Origin: the human T2T-CHM13v2.0 reference genome, Homo sapiens
Strand: one strand, 5' to 3'
DNA length: 64,000 nt
Assembly: GCF_009914755.1 (NCBI RefSeq)
Contig: NC_060930.1
Shown here: one piece after another, positions 30,425 to 46,036 of the stretch
Layout: the number at the start of each line of letters is the position of its first letter
Numbering within the stretch: the first letter of the stretch is position 1
Notes under the pieces: generated by a model
The model's input: the letters and a program-made list of their open reading frames with translations, nothing else
Told to the model about the DNA's origin: nothing
The model's database searches: none
Translations under genes and position numbers: made by a program

Positions 30425-30687
30425 TTACCAAATCTTCCTCTTACATATCTAAGAGATGTGGCAGGAAACAGACAACAGGTATGGGTCAGTGTTACTGCTG
30501 GGAAGCAGGGGGAACATCTCAGTTCAATAACTGAACAAGAATTTGGATCCAGGCACCCAGCCTTTGTATTCTCCCTGGCTTGTCTTTTTCTTAGAGTGAA
30601 GACAGAAAACTATTTATAGACTGGTCAAGTGTGTCTGTGGCTGATTTAGGGCAAAGACTAGGGAAACCAAGGCAGAAACTGCATTAC

Positions 30688-30980
30688 TTTTTTCTTTTTT
30701 TTTGAGATGGGGTCTCATTCTATTGCCCAGGCTGGAGTGCAGTGGTGCGATCATGGCTTCACCTCCCCAGGCTCAGGTGATCCTTCCACCTCAGCCTCTT
30801 GAGTAGCTGGGACTACAGGCATGTGTCACCACGTGTGGCTAATTTTTGTACTTTTTTTTTCTGTAGAGATGGGTTTTGCCATGTTGCCTGGGCTGGTCTC
30901 AAACTCCTGGGTTCAAGTGATCTGCCTGCCTCGGCCTCCCAAAATGTTAGGATTGCAGGTATGAGCCACTGTGCCTGGCC
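30688..30980 (-). mobile_element. Alu (AluJ)
   Basis: TSD aaactgcattactt on both sides. Confidence 0.92.
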
Positions 30981-31895
30981 AAAACTGCATTACTTCTAAT
31001 CCAAGTTAGAAACAAATGGCCCAGTAACAGAAAATGTTTGGGGTTTTGCATTCGAGACCTAGGGTGTTAGGATAGGGCATCTGAGGTATAGACATATGAA
31101 TCCTGCTTTGACCTGCATCAAGATCAAGGGTAGTAGGATGAGAGCGTGCTGTCTAAGCGGGGATACACCAGAGAGGTCATATAGCTTGTGAGTGAAGAGC
31201 ATAGGCTCTGGTGCTGTAACACCTGTAGTTGAATACTGGTGCTGCTATTTACTAGTTGTTTTTCTTCTCTGACTTAGTTTTGTCATCTGTAAAATAGAGT
31301 ATATAATAGTATTACCTCATAACTTTGGGAGGCTTTAATAAGTTAGTACTTTTTCTAAAGTACTTATTAACAGTGCCTAGCATATAGTAAGTACACAACA
31401 AATATTAACTATTATTTATTATTATTTGTTACCATTCTAGCTTTTGTATGAGATTTGCAAATGATAATGTATAGGGAGAACACTGGATTTCATCCCCCAA
31501 TACCCACTTGAGTTCTTTAACTGTGCTACAAATATATGTAGAGTAATAAGTTATAAGAACTTCAGTAGTATAAAGCTAATAGAACTTGAAATACTAGAGT
31601 CTTATTAAAATGAATAAGCACAGATTTGAGTCCAAATCTTCTTTTCATGCAGTCTGAGGAGGTTAGGGATATGTGTAAATTGTTGCTAAACTGACAGCTA
31701 TTGGAAGAACCTGATCATGAGCACTTTTTACATTTGAATTCAAAGGGTAAAAGGGGAGGTTCCTTTAAATTTAGTTATTTTTTGGCTTTTAGAGGATTAG
31801 ATTTGTGATAGGATAAGGAATAATAGAGTGCTGTTGATTTTATCCTGGCTAAGATTAATAGTCTGTTTGCCACTTCTATGCCTAAATGTCTCTAG

Positions 31896-32269
<374 letters not shown>

Positions 32270-32635
32270 TATCCAATCCATTCTTTACCCTGAAGCAAGA
32301 GTGCAGATATTTACAGATGTCTATGCTACAGCCCCTCCCCAACTCTTCAGCAATTTCCTATTAATATAATGTTAATCTTCAAAATTTGTAATAAGTTACC
32401 TCAAGCTCTCATCCCTGTTTACCTCCCTAGCCTCATCTCTTACCACTAATCTGTAAACTCTATGGACCAGCCATGTGAACTTCCTTTAGTTGTGAAAACA
32501 TGTTTTTTCCCCTTGACTTTGGATACTCTTCCCTACATTTCGTCTAATTCTGACTCATCTGTCATGTATCAGCTTAAACAGTTTTCTTTCTGGGACATTT
32601 CCTTAAGTTTAGCGTAGAAACCCATCCTCTGTGGC

Positions 32636-32932
32636 TTTTTTTTTTTTTTTTGAGACAGTTTCGCTCTTGTTGCCCAGGCTGGAGTGCAGTGGTGCGATCT
32701 CGGCTCACTGAAACCTCTGCCTTCTGTATGTTCAAGAGATTCTCCTCCCTCAGCCTCCTGAGTAGCTAGGATTACAGGTGCCTGCCACCACTCCTGGCTA
32801 ATGTTTGTATTTTTAGTAGAGATGGGGTTTCACCATGTTGGTGAAGCTGGTATCGGATTCCTGACCTCGTGATCCACCCGCCTTGGCCTCCCAAAGTGCT
32901 GGGGTTACAGGCATGAGCCACCGCACCCGGCT
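32636..32932 (-). mobile_element. Alu (AluS)
   Basis: T tail; TSD tcctctgt. Confidence 0.9.
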
Positions 32933-33874
32933 TCCTCTGTCAGAGCACTTGTACTTGAGGGTTATCACCCGCCTGTCTTGAAATGGGCTCTAAGTCTCCT
33001 GAAAGCAAAGGACCCTGAATATGGTGTTTATTACCTAACACAATGTCTAGCCTATAGGAGGTACTTAATGTATGTTGGTTGAACAAAGGAGTAAATAAAT
33101 GAAGTAGCTACCTACAGTTGTTCCCCAGAAGATACATTACTTAAGCACCCTAGAAACTGTTTGGCCTTTTGAATGTTTATTGTAAAGTTTAAATTCTCAG
33201 TTGTTTGTTCTTAGTTTGTGCTAACAGCTTCATAAAATGGGTAGATCAAGCAATAGTGTGCAGTTAGCAAACTGGGTCCACAAACTCAAGATTCAAATCA
33301 CTTTTGGCTAATTGTGTACTTATGGACATCAGATTGCTCTTGTATTAAAATTTATTAGGCAGACTTTGAGTGGGAAAATAAAAATCTTGATTTGGTAGAT
33401 GCTGGAGAACAGTAAAAAATAGAAAAATTTGCAGGTTGGTGAGATTTCCCAGATTCAGTGTGTGGTGTATCTCTAAAGTTCAAAATCCTTCAAGAAGGTT
33501 GCTGGTGTATGCTGGGTGTCAGAACAGGAGAGATGTTTTTAACACCTAGCACAGCTGCAAACTAGGTGGTCTGGAATTTGCAAGTACATCTTTCAGTTTT
33601 ATTTCATCTTGAAGCTTTCATGTGGGTTTAACAGTTATTCAATGTAATTGAAGTTAATGTAGCTAAAATTGCATATTATTTTTGAAGTGTTAAGAATGAA
33701 AATAATTTATGGTCTTTAAGAATGAATATGCCAATATTTCATATTCTGTATTGGCAGTACAGTAAAAATTAATTATTTTCACTATAAGTATTATATAAAT
33801 AATAAAGATATTTAGGAGGGAGTATATATGCTAATAGGAAATAAATGTTTTGCCTCCCAGGAGATCATCTTAGC

Positions 33875-34646
33875 TGGTACAGTGGATTAAAAATGGCCTC
33901 AAATTATTTGATATTTTCTCATTGAGAAGTGGGATCTATGTCACCACCCCTTGAATCTCAGTAGCTTTAAAAAATTATGGTTAAATATACATAATCTTTA
34001 CATTTTAAACTATTTTTAAGTGTACAGTTCTTTGTCATTAAGTGTATTCACATTGTTGTGCAACCATCCCCATTCATCTCCAGAACTTTTTCATCTTCTC
34101 CAGCTGAAACTCATTACCCTTTAAATACTAACTCCTCATTCTTCCCCTGCCCACCTCTTGATGTGAGTGGGTTTTGGCAAATAGAGTATGGATGGCAGCA
34201 GTGACAGAGTACCAGTGTCTGGGTACAGGCTTTAAGAAACTGGGGGCTTCCACTTTCTGTCTCTGGTACACAGTCTTCAGGAGCTCTGGGATGCCATTAA
34301 GAATTCTAAGTAGACTTGATGGAGAATCTGTTCTGAAACCTGGCAGTAACTAGTAATTGCCATGCTGGAGAGGCATGTTGACATTCCCACCTGAGCCCAG
34401 CCTTTTAAGCATCCCTGTCACGGTGCCATACATGAGAGCAGAGCCATCTAAGAACCTCCAGATTAATCTGTTCACCAGCTCAGTACCTCTGGTGACTTCA
34501 TTTGGTGCCACATGGAGTAGAGACATTGCCAGCAGCACCCTTTCTGAATACCTGACCATCAGAATTGAGAGCTGTAATACAATGGCTGTTATTTTAAACT
34601 GTTAAGTTTTGGGATAGTTTGTTATACAGTGATAGATAATTAGAAC
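33875..34646 (+). mobile_element. MLT1 (MLT1H-like) MaLR LTR split by an L1M 3' fragment (~33965-34160)
   Basis: ggattaaaaatggcctcaaattatttga...cccttgaatct start; gttttgggatagtttgttatacagtgatagataa end. Confidence 0.7.
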
Positions 34647-37600
34647 TGGTAGCTAGAGCTTCTGGCTTCTTGAGTTTGAGCTGAAAATAGCAATCAGTGT
34701 ATCCTAAATACCTCAAAACAACTGTACTATGATTTGGAAAGACTATATAAAATGTAATGAAAGATACTATTAACAATTAAATAATATGGAAAATGAAATT
34801 CCAATAATTAGTTGAGTGGAGAAGACAACTCTGAGGAGCCCAGATTACTTAGAAGGGACAGAAATGGGAAAATTGTTGATAAATGCTTTTCACCTTTCAG
34901 AAATTTGATTGGTGAATCTGCTTAAAAGTTAGCTGAGAAGTTTGTGGCTTTTTCATTTTGAAGAAGAGATTTGCCAGGAGTCTGAGAATCCTTTAAATTC
35001 TTCCAAAGACAGCTTTATTATGTTTAGGACAGTGGAAAGTAATGTAATAAGGTATAAGGTATGAGATAATGAGGTTGATGTTTTTATGTGGTGCTCTTAG
35101 CCCCTTAGAGTTTGCCAAAATTTAAAGCAGACCAAGTTTAATGAGTGTACTTCATAGTATAGATTGTGGACAGTCCTTTTTGCTTGCTAAATTCAATTTA
35201 GCTCAGATGGTGAATACCAATATGTTCAGAGTACTGTGTAGGTGCTATGGGGGATTTAAAAACACCTTCTTAAGTAGAAAGAGGTATAAATAAATGAATG
35301 AAACAATCATAAGTTACTATAGACACCACATTATACAGGCTTCTTAATTTTTGTATGCCATTTCTAAATGGTTGCAGATTTTTCTCCTTTTATTTTCAGC
35401 ATTTAATGCTTTATATTGGCTCTTGATATATGGAGTTTGGATTATGGAAGGTAAGGGGGAGATTTTAATTCATATGGAAATCTATGGAAATTATTTCTTA
35501 CTGAAAAACTGAAAATAGATAAAATAAAAAAATACAATTTCGTAAGTCCAGGAAAGCAGGACAGTTGAGGCCTAATAATACCCTTTTGTGTTGGCAGACA
35601 GATTTGCTGCTATTATGACACTTTGCTTAAGGAATGGGAGTATCGTGGATGAATACAAACCTATACACAGCTGTTTGTGTTTGCTGCACAGCTTTCTGGA
35701 TACCTTAAGCTGTATCACTTTTGGATTGTAATGATTTTACTGGAGGCAAGAAACAAAGTGAACAAGATACAGCATCAAAATTCTCTTTTAAGTTTCCCAA
35801 GGCTGCTCTTATTTCTCTCTACAAAATAGAAATAATAATTTTGCCCTTTTTTTGATAACACTAGCAGTAGCAAGCAAAGTATAGATAAGAACAAGTGACA
35901 TATTTTGAGTAAGTGATCAATGTCAGGATCTTTACAGAGAACAATAAGATGGATCTAAAATGAATGAACTGAGTGTTTTCTCTTTTTTTGCAGTTTTGGG
36001 GGGCATCGAATGAAAATGGCCACATTTAGGTAGGGTAGGAGAACAGGCTTTGGAAGGAGCGGGTATTTTATTACAGTGTGAATAAAATAAATATTTAGAA
36101 CATTATAAGAATGATGGCTGACACTGAGAGATTCATGTTAATGTTATAGGTTTCTCAAGGCTGATAGGAGCTCTTATATTGTATTTCTAATGTAGAGGAA
36201 TAGAAGGAAAGCTATGGATGGGGTGCAGAAGAATGGCCCTTTGGCAGTGTAGGTAGTGCTGCTTCCTGTCACACTCTAGTGTTACAGCACTTATAAACTG
36301 GATGTGCCTTCTGAGGATACTATCCTTTCTGAGTGCATCGTGGCCTCTTCCTATATTTGAATCCATGTTTTAAGTGCAGATGAAGCGCTTGGACACTGTG
36401 GCACTGTAAGTAGGATTAGAACCGTGACTTAGGATAGGGTATAACCAAGGGGAGGAAGCTTGGTGGACCTTGAAGTAAGATAAATGTGTGAGTAGCCTCT
36501 TTCTCCTTCTTGATGCAGGGCACATGGATGAGATGGTTGGGAAACACTTTTTAAGTCCCTGTGAATGTCAAGAAGTGGCTTGAAGGGGCTTTAATCTCTC
36601 AATCCCTTCCCCACCAAGGTACCCCAGATTAATGAACAATTGATAAAAAGTGTGCTTTCTATGCAAATGTGTCTTTTAAGATAAGTTCCCTAGCAAAATC
36701 CCACTCCTAAGCACATCCTATGTAGAAATTCTGGAGCCACTGTTGTCCTTTATATTATTTTATAGCTAATATTTAATAAATGCTTTATGTGTGTCCAGCA
36801 TTGTGTTGTATGTTATGGAAGATTTGCATTAACATGTTTATAGTTGAAGAGAGCAGGAAAAGACTGATTTCAGGAAACAGAACAAGGTAAAATAATCTGG
36901 TGTCAGAATATTTAATATGGTCTACAAGGGTTATAGGGGGAAAAAAAAGTGGGCATTGCCATGGGCTGGATTAATGTAGGAAGGCGTCATTGAGCTGACA
37001 GCTGTGAACAGCATCTTAAAAGATAAGGCAGAAAGGAGGTAGCAGAGATACTCCAATGGATGGAATATCATGTGCCAACTGCAACTTTAAATGTCTGAAT
37101 AATTTTCTGAGGAACTAAAAATATTGAATTGGGTCAACAAATAGGATACCTTTGTCAAAGCCATAGAGCTGACTTCTAATATTTTCAGTTACAAATATAT
37201 ATATTTGAGCATCTTTTAGAATAAACACCTCCCTTCCCTTCACACCAGGTAAAAAAATAGCTGGTATTCTACCATCCATATGAATTTGAAATATACGATA
37301 GAAATATAAATTTAGTAACACCTGACTTATTAAAAATTGCCAAAGATTTGATTTCCTATGGTCTATAAGAGAAAATTGCTACAAATCAATTTATTTTTTG
37401 GAATTTATTTTTCCTTACTCTTATTGCTTGAATAAACGTGGCTGCATCAGTGGTTCATGTTGACTCAAAGCAAGTTTCTCCCTTTCCTCTCCAGCTAAGG
37501 AAAGCCATATTTTTTTTTGTACTATGCTACTGTTAGCTGCTTGGCTTGGAAGACTTCGGTTATCATTATATCTTTCATGACTCAGAATCTGGCTGCCTCT

Positions 37601-40600
37601 CTTTCAATGATCTTGAAAATGTCCAAGATGCTGCATGATTTAGAAATGTAGAACCAAGTTAAGTTGAACAGTTTTCTACTGGGCTACATTGTAAAAATGG
37701 GAAAGGGAAATTACTTCCTTTTTTTTTTTGGAAAACACTTGCCAGTTGGAGCCTCAAAGAAGATTGAGTTTGAGAGGCCTTTAATTGTGCACCAAAAGGT
37801 TATTGCAGAAGATAACATAAAGGAGATGTCATAAAGAAGAAAATTTGAAGCTCAGTAAGAGAAAGCTGTGTGAAAAAATAGGCATTCTGCCAATTAACTG
37901 GGTGCTTGAAATAAATAGTTTGTAATTAAAGAAACGGTTGCAAATTTCAAAGACTTGATCAGTTTAACTTAGCTCATAGGGAAACCGGGGTGGTGGTGGG
38001 TACAAATTTCAGTTGTGAAAGCATGCTTACTCTCATTAAAGTTTTGCTTATCATTCATTAAATATTTACTGTTTGTAAGGTTTAGTAATATAAGATCAGA
38101 AAGTTTGTTAATCTAATATTTAATGTTAAATTATTGAAATAAAATTTCAACTACATTTGGGTAAAAGTGAATTATGATCTTAGGAGTTCAGTCATGAACT
38201 ATTGACCATCTCAGTAGTTAGTATTTCCCAAACTGGGCAAAGTATGGGTGAGAGTGTGTAGAGGGGAGACCCAAGAAAACATAGAAATGGTCCATCACCC
38301 TTGGGTCTACTCATCTACTGAAGAACCATGACACAATTATATATGTAAGCAATTAGTAATAAAATATCATATGTTTATAAGTATAAAGGAGACATACAAG
38401 AAAACATTAAATGTTCATCTTTCCATACATGTCTGTCTTCATGTTGCATTAGTTTCAAGTGAAATGTGTTTTTTTATGTTTTATTACTATATACTATACC
38501 TTTTCATCCAAAGAAGAAATAAGAGATTGTCTCCTTTATTGGAAGACATTTTTGCTGGATGTAGAATTCTAGGTTGGCATGTACTTTCTTTTAGCACATT
38601 AAGATATATCACTCTGCTGCCTTCTGGCTTCTCCTCTTGCTGTGGGGAAATCAGCTGTTAGTCTAACTGTAGCTCATTTGAAGGTAAGACAGCCACCCTG
38701 CTCTTAGTCTCCTTTTAAGATATTCTATTTAATTTACTTTTGTTTGATTTAAATATTCTGTTTGTCTAGGAGTAGAATTCTTTTTATTTATCCTGCTTGA
38801 GTTTCACCAGCGTTCTTGAATTTGTAGATTGGTGTCTTATATTAATTCTGGAAAATTCTCAGCCATTATTGCTTTTAAACTTCCCTCTACCTGTTCTTTC
38901 TCCTCTCTGTCTGGTGTGTTAGTCAACTGTATTTTAGGTCTTCTTAGTCATTCACTTTTCATCCTCAGGTTGTGTCTTCCTTCTTTTTGTTCTTTCTCTG
39001 CTGAGTTACAGATTATTTTTTCTGAACTATTTCCCAGTTTGTTATTTCTATATTCTGTTTTGTCTGTTCTACTCCCATTGAATTTTAAATTTTGGCTACT
39101 GTAATTTATTTGTTTTTTTTTTTTCACATCTGCTATGTTGCTTTTTATGGATTCCTATTCCTTGCAGATATTTTAATATTTGCTTTTCTTTTTCAAATTT
39201 GTTGTAGGTTGCTTTTTAATCTGTCTGATAATTCTAAGAGTTAAAATCTGTGTGGTCTGTTCCTGCTATGGTTTGTGATTGTCTTTCACCCATGTTGCCT
39301 TATTTCCTTGCGTGGTTGGTTATCTTTAACTGGTTATTGCCCTCCCACAGCCTTTTTTCAGGACATTTTCAGGGTGAATGTGCTCTCCTCTGAGAGGTAC
39401 TGTGTTTGCTTTTGCCAGGTTTCTGAGAGTATTACTTTAGGGGTATTATGTCAGGTATTAAGTCAAGGACACTTTTTAAACCGTATTTAGGATTGTGTCT
39501 CTGGCCCATCCACACCATATATACTTTGGGTGGCCACAGCTTCTCAAAAACTTCATTTTCCTACCTTTTTCTTTTCCTGCTTTGCTCAGTGACAAGTCAG
39601 CTTGCCCTTCGTTCTTCTGTGGTTAGGAGAGAGATGGTGGGTCAATTCTAGTTCACTCTTTCTCTGAAGATGTTCTTCGTTTGGGTCTCCAGTTTAATAT
39701 AGGGAGGGCCTCTTGCAAGAGTCTTCCGCTTGGCAGGCCCTAATCCTTGTGTTTTGCTACCTTGCCCCTTGAGACTGAAGATCTGAAGTATGAGGAGATG
39801 GCATTTACTAATGTCCTCAGAGCAAAAATGGCATTAGTTCTCCTGGGTTTGCCTCAAAATTTGGCCAACAAGTTCCCTTTTAAACTAAATATTAGTTTAA
39901 CAGTATTTTTAAAATGCTGTTAAGCTAATATTTTTAAGTGTTTTGTCCATCATTTTTGTTGTTTTCAGTGAGATGTAGATCTGAATAACTTAAGAAATCA
40001 GAAACTGCTAATAGCACGGAGCCCATCTGCTGCTGTGCTGTTGGTGATGTTGCAAATTGTTCCCCTCTCCCCTTAACATATTCTGAGCCTCAAGTCAAGA
40101 CAGCTTACTGGGCTGGAGAGGTGATGGTCTAAAGAATTATAAAGATTTTTTAAAAATTTAAGTTAAAATAGCTTCTTAAATTATTATATCAAATTAATAG
40201 AGAAGTATTATTTCTTTAATTTGTTTAACTGCCCTTGTGCTCATCTGGAGAAACTGTCAGGAAAGATGATTTTTATTAAAGGCACTGCTGTTACATTCAC
40301 TCAGGCATGATTCTGTCATAACTTCTTGGTATTTCCTTTCTATCTTTCTTAATTGCATGTTTTCCCTCCATCTCTGTCACAGTGCCAATTCTAGGACTGC
40401 CTTATTACTGCTTGTTGGTCTAGCAACTTCTTAACTGTTCTTTAATTATTAGCGGAATTGAACATTATTTTGTGTGTATGAATTTTTGTGCCTTTTCGTG
40501 AATTAATCTGTTTTTTATCTTTTGATGAATTTATTTTATTACATCCTATCATTAATAATTTTTAGTCTTTTGGGGTTTCATCACACAGAATATTTATTTT

Positions 40601-40716
40601 TCTCTTATTCTAAGCTTTTCTGTATTTCTTCAGTTTGAATATTGTCACTTTCCATAGTTTGTATATTTCAGTCAGTAAACATTTCATCAGGTATTGTGGT
40701 AAGAACTGGGAATATA

Positions 40717-40988
40717 GGCTGTGTGCGGTAGCTCGCGCCTGTGATCCCAGCACTTTGGGAGGCCAAGGCAGGAGGATTGTTTGAGCTAAGGGGTTTGAGA
40801 CCAGCCTGGGTAACATAATGAGACCCGGTCTCTACAGAAAATTAAAAATCAGCTGGGCATGGTGGCGCGTTAGCACGCCTGTAATCCCAGGCTATTTGGG
40901 AGGCTGAGGCAGGAGAATTGCTTGAGCTTGGGAGATCAAGGCTGTAGTGAGCTGTTCCAGCCTGAGCAGCAGAGTGAGACCATATCTC

Positions 40989-41011
<23 letters not shown>
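40717..41011 (+). mobile_element. Alu (AluJ)
   Basis: Perfect 16-bp TSD aagaactgggaatata (40701-40716 / 41012-41027). Confidence 0.93.
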
Positions 41012-41019
<8 letters not shown>

Positions 41020-42469
41020 GGAATATAATCGTTATGACACATTTACCTGTGCTTAGGTTCATATGTTAGTGAGGGAGATATAAATGCTTATAGTATTGTA
41101 CATAAATAATATAAAAAAAAACTGTATCTTCAAGCAGACAGGTATGTACCAGCATGGAGGTGGGAGTAACTATGCCTAAGGAAATCTGGTGCAACTTTGC
41201 AGAGGTAACCTGTTAGTTGCATAGAAATTTGCCAGTAGAAACACAGGGTATAGAAAGACATTTCAGATGTGGGAAATATGTGTAAAGTCATAGAAGTGAA
41301 AGAAAGACATGGTGCGCTATAGGAAGTGCAGATAGGTTGGTATAATTGGAGGGCAAAGTATTTTAGGGGAAGAAAATTGAAACTAGAAAGAGTTTAAAGG
41401 CCTGGGATAAAAAGGAACTTTGATGGACACAAAGAGCCTGTGTAGTGGGGATAATGGAGTAAGTGAGCAGGAAGGACATGGAGATGTGGTTGGGGAAAAT
41501 GTGTGAGGGTAGGGGTGATGCGTTGCTTGTGAATTGTGCTGTGATCGTGGGAGTGGGCTGCAGAAGTGGAGGGTGAGTGGGTCAGAGGATGCTGACGACT
41601 GTGAAACTAGTGTTGACTGGATCATCCATATGGGTGTAGCAGTCCATTTGGACAGTGGCAAGAAAGTGGATGTTGTGATGTCGACAAGATTTGGATTTGG
41701 ACCGTGCCTGTTCCAGTTTTAGTACTGGAAGTCCCACATCCTTAGAAACCTCTCATTCCTGGACAAACTGGGATGGTTGGTCACCATAATGAGGTGCCAG
41801 AAGGATATGATGAACTTGAGGCATTGAAACGTGGAGAGCAATAATCTGTAAGTGGGGAGCAGCTGGCTAGGGTGGAGGAAAAAGGAGGGAATAAAGTTAT
41901 GTTAATTTATGCTAGCACGGTGTTCTCATGAGATAGCAAGGAGGTAGAGGTCTTGATTAAATTACCTATTTTTTTTCAAAAATATTTGTTTTCTTGTAGA
42001 AGAGATGAAATATGCTTTAGTATAAGTAAATAATCTTTCCTTTTTAGTGTTAATTTTACTATATTCCAAATGTGCCTATGCTATTAAAAAAACAGTAATA
42101 AAGTAACCAGACAATTGATTTTTATATTGATTAGCTTGACAGTATTACTGAGACATCAACATACTAATTAGAATGTCAGGATATTAAATTATTCATTTTC
42201 TAACTTTTAATGTTTTGGATGATTATAAATGACAAAAAAATTTGTGAGTGAAGTACCATACTATCCTATCAATTTTAGTTAATTAATTCAGCCACAGAGT
42301 GGTAATTATTTCCTTTTTTATTTTCTATTTTTGTCTCTTTGTTAAAGATTTTCCAATTAAAATTTTTTCCTATTATATGGCTCTCCTTTATACATTTAAA
42401 TGAAGAAAGTACTTTGTAAGAACTGGATTACAGATAGAAAAAAATGTTTAAAACTAACTTATTTTAGGT

Positions 42470-43015
42470 TGATAAATATTTGGGTTATTTATCACTGTGT
42501 CAGAAATACCTCCAAACCTAAAACAACAATTCCAAAACCTAACATTAAAACTTAAAATCAAAACTTAATTCTAAAACTTAAAACAGTACCCATCTTATTA
42601 TATCTCACACTTTCGAGGGTTAGGGATTCAGAATGGGCTTACAGGGCAATTGTTCTGTTCCACATAGTATTATATATGGGCTTTCTTAGTTGACAACTAG
42701 TCTGGTCTAGGATGTCTAAGACAGCTTTACTCACATGCTTGTGCATATGTGAGGACTTCTAAAAGGCTGGACTCTGCTGGACGCCTTTCCATGTGATCCC
42801 TCAAACGAGGTGGTTGGACTTCTTACTTCATGATCTAGGACTCCAAGTGAACAAGGCAGAATCTGCCAGTCCTCTCAAAAAATAGGCCTGGGCCTGGCAG
42901 GGCATCACTCGTTCCTGTCAAAGTAGTCACAGGCCAGGCCAGATTCAAGGGGAGGGCAAATAGATCTTAGCTCTCAACGGAGGATGTGTCAAAGACTTTG
43001 CAGCCATCTTTAATC
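42470..43015 (-). mobile_element. MLT1-family LTR remnant
   Basis: aagtagtcacaggccaggccagattcaaggggaggg...tttgcagccatctttaat. Confidence 0.6.
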
Positions 43016-43829
43016 CCCATGTACTCCAGATTGATGATTACATCACAGTGCATTTGGGAAACAAATTGCCCTTTATAATCACAGTATTTGCTACCAATAT
43101 AGAACCTATATTTATTTGAAATGATAATAACAGTATTAAAAATTATGATATTTGCTTTCAGCATTTGATCTATTCACAGTTTTAATTTCTTTATAAATGA
43201 AATGATTCCTAATTGTTTTATATATATCATATATATATCATACATTTATTTTAGAAAAGCGGATTCTTTTCCTGGGATATGCTGTTTAGACCAGTGATGT
43301 ATGTCGAACCACTAATGGACCTTAAAAAAAAACATACAGCTCAGGGCTTCAGTCTGTAGGTCTGGGTGGCACCAGGAATCTGTAATTTTAAAAAGCTTCA
43401 CTGGCAAGTAATGTACATACTTACTTAATGACCAGGGTCTAAGAAAGCTCTGTAGATTCAAATAGAAACTATCCAAACTATTTATAAATGTGATTGAGTA
43501 TTGTTGATTGGAAGCTTATAGAAGCTTAAATCTCTGGGAAGCCTTATTTATATCTTTACTTTTGATGCCAGTGTACTAGACTAGTGGTTCCAACATGGCA
43601 TCCCCAAGATGATCATTTGGGAATGTGGGAAAGAAATAAATAATACAACATATATTTTTAGTCTCATCCGTTCCACATTTTGGGGATGGGTATGGCATGT
43701 TTTAAGTGCAGAATGTACAGTAATACATACATATAATTTATAAATAAATATACATATATTGGAAGTATGTGCTGAAAAAACTTCATTGATGACAATGTGT
43801 GATGCAAAGATGAAGGTCACTGTTCCAGT

Positions 43830-44200
43830 CAGTTTAGTTTATGCATTGGTAACGACCCCCAAACCTCAGTGACTTATAGAAAGGTTTGTTCCTTGTTCAT
43901 ATTCTGTGTCTTCATGGGCCAGCTACAACCCTGCTGTGTGTCATTTTGTCCCTGGACTCAGGCAGATCGAGTAGGCTCTGTATACCGGAACTTCACCAGT
44001 TGCTGCGGCAAAAGGAGGAGAGAACTGGGTAAAATACATGCTCAGAAAGCTTTTGCTTAGGAATAACACACGTCACTTCCACTCACATTTCACTGGCCAA
44101 AGCAAGTCACTTGGCTACACTTTAGTTCAGCAGGTAGGGGGTGTATAATTCTCCCTCAGTGAGGGACTCAGTACAGGGTGAATAGCGATACAGTCTACAC
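43830..44200 (-). mobile_element. MLT1-family LTR remnant
   Basis: cacttccactcacatttcactggccaaagcaagtcac. Confidence 0.55.
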
Positions 44201-45732
44201 AGACATCCACTACCCTTCTATTTACTGTGTAGAGTATTTGCCTCTCTAGAGCTGCTCCTTAATCTGCTTTCAGGATTTCAACAGAGTGAAATTGCCTCTC
44301 TCAGTTCCTGGTTTGATGAAGAATATAAAAAAGAAAAAGACACACAGCCAAAATCCTTAATTCTGTTAGCAAGGCAGCATATAAAACAACATAATTTTGG
44401 AATATGGAAATATAACTTTGCCAAAACAGTTAAAACCCAGTGTAATTTTTACTTGATAAAAAACTATACCGTTATACCATGTGCTACCATTTGAAACATT
44501 CAGGTACTGACTGTTGAGTGGGTGGATATGAATAATAGGGATTGAGATGTGGGGAATTATGAGTAGTAGTGGCAAGAGCAGAACTTCAAAGCTAGAATGT
44601 TCAGAGTCTCTGTTGATTGGACATTAATCAGAGTGAAGGTTGAGCATCTCTAAAATAGTAATGTAAGTCACTCAAAAAATGTGTGTTTCATGTTGAGCCA
44701 TTTGTTTATACACCTCTTTTTAGGAGGATGTTTACTTTGTGAAGCATACTACACCTTGATTATAAGATGTTGCAGTGATAACCTAGCTGGCTTTTATCAG
44801 TTATTTTGAATTCCCCTATACACCAAGACCTGTGTTAGTTTAATGAAATGACAAGTTTATAGAAACTGCATTAGTTGCAGTAAACATTTCACTTTATTAC
44901 TTGAGGAAAAAGCCTGAAATACAGAAACTAATCAAAATGTAAATTACAGGTAGTAACAACAAGTGTTTACCATGTACTAAGGGTGTGCTGTATGTTAGGC
45001 CTATTGTACACACTTTACATACTTTATTTAATCCCAAGAAAAGCTACATGAGATAGGTATGATTTTCTTCATTTTATCCCTGAAGAAACTAAGGTGTAAA
45101 GAGGTTAACTAACCTGTTTAAGATTCAAAGACAGGTTTCTATGATTTTGAAAACTATTCTCTCTACTACTTTACTCTGCTTTTATAATTGTTCCACTCTA
45201 TCTGTTTTTACTTGTATTCTTTGTTAGTAGAAGTAGGAAGCCATTTAATCTTGTCTTGCTCTTTCAGAGAATGAGTATTTTTTTTAGGTATGCAGCAGGT
45301 AATCTCATTTAGGAGAACCTAAATAAATGAAATATCCTTATATTTTGTCCAATAGTTTTTAAGGAGAAAGCAAGAGTAAAGAGAATATTCAGGATTATTT
45401 TAGGATTTCAAAATAATGAAGTTAATAGCAGTTTATACTAATTATTTAATAGTAAAGTTTCTGACAGTCATCCTACATTTTTCAATGAGAATTGTCTTGT
45501 ATTTTCCATTTCCATTTTGGTTATAACTAAATAGATAAATGAAGATTTAGAATTTGTTTGACAAATGGATGTATTTTTTAATTCATCAAAGAAAACCAGA
45601 ATATTTACTCATAGGCCATGAAACAGGAAGTGACATGAAATTTAGATCGAAGTGCATGATTTAGAGTGTGTTTGCTTACTTTGGGTGAAAAGTTTAGAAA
45701 CACATTGAATTCCTTAGAATTCTATCTATAGC

Positions 45733-46036
45733 TTTTTTTTTTTTTTTTTTTGAGATGGAGTCTCACCCTGCCACCTGCGCTGGAGTGCAGTGGTGCGATC
45801 TCAGCTCACTGCAACCTTTGCCTGCCTCCTAGGTTCAAGCTATTTTCCTGCCTCAGCCTCCTGAGTAGCTGGGATTACAGCGTGGGCCACCATGCCCGGC
45901 TAATTTTTGTATTTTTAGTAAAGATGGGGTTTCACCATGTTGGCCAGGCTGGGCTCAAACTCCTGACCTCAGGTGATCTGCCCACCTCAGCCTCCCAAAG
46001 TGCTGGGATTTCAGGCATGAGTGACTGCACCCAGCC
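45733..46036 (-). mobile_element. Alu (AluS)
   Basis: TSD agaatt(c/t)tatctata. Confidence 0.92.
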
